Shown piece after piece: positions 62,729 to 64,000 of a stretch of DNA of 64,000 bases. The DNA comes from a bacterium (GTDB lineage: Bacteria; Bdellovibrionota_B; Oligoflexia; Oligoflexales; RGVZ01). Location: contig JAYVPO010000110.1 of the NCBI GenBank assembly GCA_043757325.1, forward strand, positions 2,386 to 66,385. The letters run 5' to 3'. Under the pieces are notes generated by a model, which saw only the letters and a program-made list of their open reading frames with translations, searched no databases and had not been told where the DNA came from. A program made the translations under genes and the position numbers. Each line of letters begins with the position of its first letter. The stretch's first letter is position 1.

Positions 62729-64000
62729 ATGATTAAAATATTTTTCTTGTTTTTGATTATTCTGAGTCGCAGTGAATTCGCGATCGGCGCCGGCGTTCAT
62801 ACAGCCCCGATTATTATTCCTGGAAAATTAATTCGCGCGGCCGTGCGCTACCCGCTTTCAATGTATCGACTATTCCGTTGTGGACCAACTGGGAAGGCCG
62901 AATCAATTCCTTTTCAGATTGACGAGCTTAATGAATTTGGAGATTTTATTCTCGACAAAGGGTCGGAACCAAATGCAAAAGAATCTAATGGAATATTCGA
63001 CGAGGTTGACGAACTTAGTTTTATGGGAGACGACGTCGGTCCCGCTCAAAAACCAACTTCTTGGCCTGAGGGGCAGCCTAGTAGTGTTTACGAAATCAAA
63101 CTAAATCCGCCTCGTACACCGTCGGTCAATAATGCGAATAACACATCAAATGCGGCACCTGGACAAAAAGATGGGGCCGTTTACCTGGCTGTTTTTTTGC
63201 GCAATGCGCCCCCATATTCCCCAAAAAAATACGTTGTTTTTGATGCCCAGCAGTCTGAAGTTACTACTTCAAGATATCGCTACGGTTTCGATCAGAAAAA
63301 TTGGCTTGTGTCGAGGCGAGTAGAAGTTACCAATCCAAATAACCCAAGGTCTTTTGATCCTATTCTGTCTACAACAACCTTCTATCTGCGCGCAGATTTT
63401 AAATATTTTTTGACGTTTGAATTGAATCATAATTCTATCGAGTCAAAACTTGAGGCCTTTAAAGCTGGGGCTATTCGTACAATTGTCCGTATAAGTTTTC
63501 ATTATAATATTTTGCGAATGAAGCTCGATTTAGGCATGTTTACGGAAGTCTCGTTTTTTTCAAATGCGGTTTATTTGCCTGCGGTATTATTTAATCCAGT
63601 CGATTCACCAAAAAGCTTGAACAACGGAAGTGGACTTTATTACGGTATGTCATTTGTAGAAAACCCCGAGAAATACGACATACAAACCAATATGCCAGAA
63701 TATGATATTGGGAGTGCAGGCAAGATTTTGGATTTTTTCAAAAGTAAAAAACCAACGGCTATTTCTAACGACTATTGGATTTCGGCCCGAGGAAAAGATC
63801 GTATGATGTACTTGGAATTCACACCTTCCAAAAGCCTGCAAGAATCTGGTGTCATGCCAATGCTCTATAAAGAAAATGCAGCAGCCAAAGATATTTTAAG
63901 TCGCGACAACAAGATTCCAAATCCACTAGGAAAAAGCCCGGTAAATCTAGGAGTTTATTTTGATGTGACAAAATTCAAGGAAGGAAATCACGTTATGGGA
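62729..64000 (+). CDS. hypothetical secreted protein, 3' end cut by the window edge
   Basis: Not in the ORF track. ATG 62729 gives MIKIFFLFLIILSRSEFAIGAG.. (signal peptide). The frame stays open for 424 codons to the window end. Confidence 0.5.
   Translation, partial: MIKIFFLFLIILSRSEFAIGAGVHTAPIIIPGKLIRAAVRYPLSMYRLFRCGPTGKAESIPFQIDELNEFGDFILDKGSEPNAKESNGIFDEVDELSFMGDDVGPAQKPTSWPEGQPSSVYEIKLNPPRTPSVNNANNTSNAAPGQKDGAVYLAVFLRNAPPYSPKKYVVFDAQQSEVTTSRYRYGFDQKNWLVSRRVEVTNPNNPRSFDPILSTTTFYLRADFKYFLTFELNHNSIESKLEAFKAGAIRTIVRISFHYNILRMKLDLGMFTEVSFFSNAVYLPAVLFNPVDSPKSLNNGSGLYYGMSFVENPEKYDIQTNMPEYDIGSAGKILDFFKSKKPTAISNDYWISARGKDRMMYLEFTPSKSLQESGVMPMLYKENAAAKDILSRDNKIPNPLGKSPVNLGVYFDVTKFKEGNHVMG

Overview
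This is an AT-rich (about 40% GC by eye), densely coding bacterial chromosomal window with about 60 genes on both strands. I saw no rRNA, tRNA, CRISPR array, transposase, integrase or phage genes.

Content, left to right:
- 1-1598: a 3'-truncated secreted repeat/propeller protein.
- 3.2-12.0 kb: a surface-polysaccharide locus. It has a WlbA/WlbB/WlbC-like trio, an extended-SDR enzyme, a second DegT aminotransferase and a GT4. A divergent formyltransferase / deacetylase-like / ArnC-like GT2 triad sits next to it.
- 12.6-17.4 kb: a secreted protein with one CXXCH motif, plus a lipoprotein and a TonB-dependent receptor packed directly behind carA-carB.
- 21.8-31.4 kb: thiolase, cyclophilin, a DUF455/ATP-grasp-like fusion, a 7TM-SpoIIE phosphatase, and a pair of lipoproteins, one with trypsin-like motifs.
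- 31.4-38.6 kb: a DUF4143 ATPase, mnmA, an MglA-like GTPase, dnaX with SRP RNA upstream, and rppH.
- 40.4-44.3 kb: an EPS priming transferase plus GT4, divergent from a sensor-less sigma-54 activator.
- 44.3-50.0 kb: frr-pyrH-tsf-rpsB, a GYF-like repeat protein, and yceD-rpmF.
- 50.1-57.2 kb: alr, NDH-2, a membrane Fe-S/CCG protein and two M16 peptidases.
- 57.4-62.2 kb: rpmH-rnpA-yidD-yidC-jag-mnmE.

The gene content (MglA paralogue, many lipoproteins and secreted proteins) is reminiscent of Bdellovibrionota/Oligoflexia-like bacteria. The taxon cannot be established from this window alone.

Most unusual observations:
1. A family of long imperfect-palindromic intergenic elements. Two diverged 350-420 nt copies keep their pairing despite sequence divergence. 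Two near-identical ~175 bp copies also occur. All four lie between co-directional + strand genes.
2. The TonB-receptor reading frame has a signal-peptide-like N-terminus with no canonical start codon. That N-terminus sits in the -1 frame of the upstream lipoprotein gene, just after an A_AAA_AAT heptamer.
3. An MglA paralogue in which the recalled catalytic and switch residues are all replaced.
4. A DUF455 (ferritin-like) / ATP-grasp-like fusion.

All family assignments are motif recognition from memory. No searches were run.
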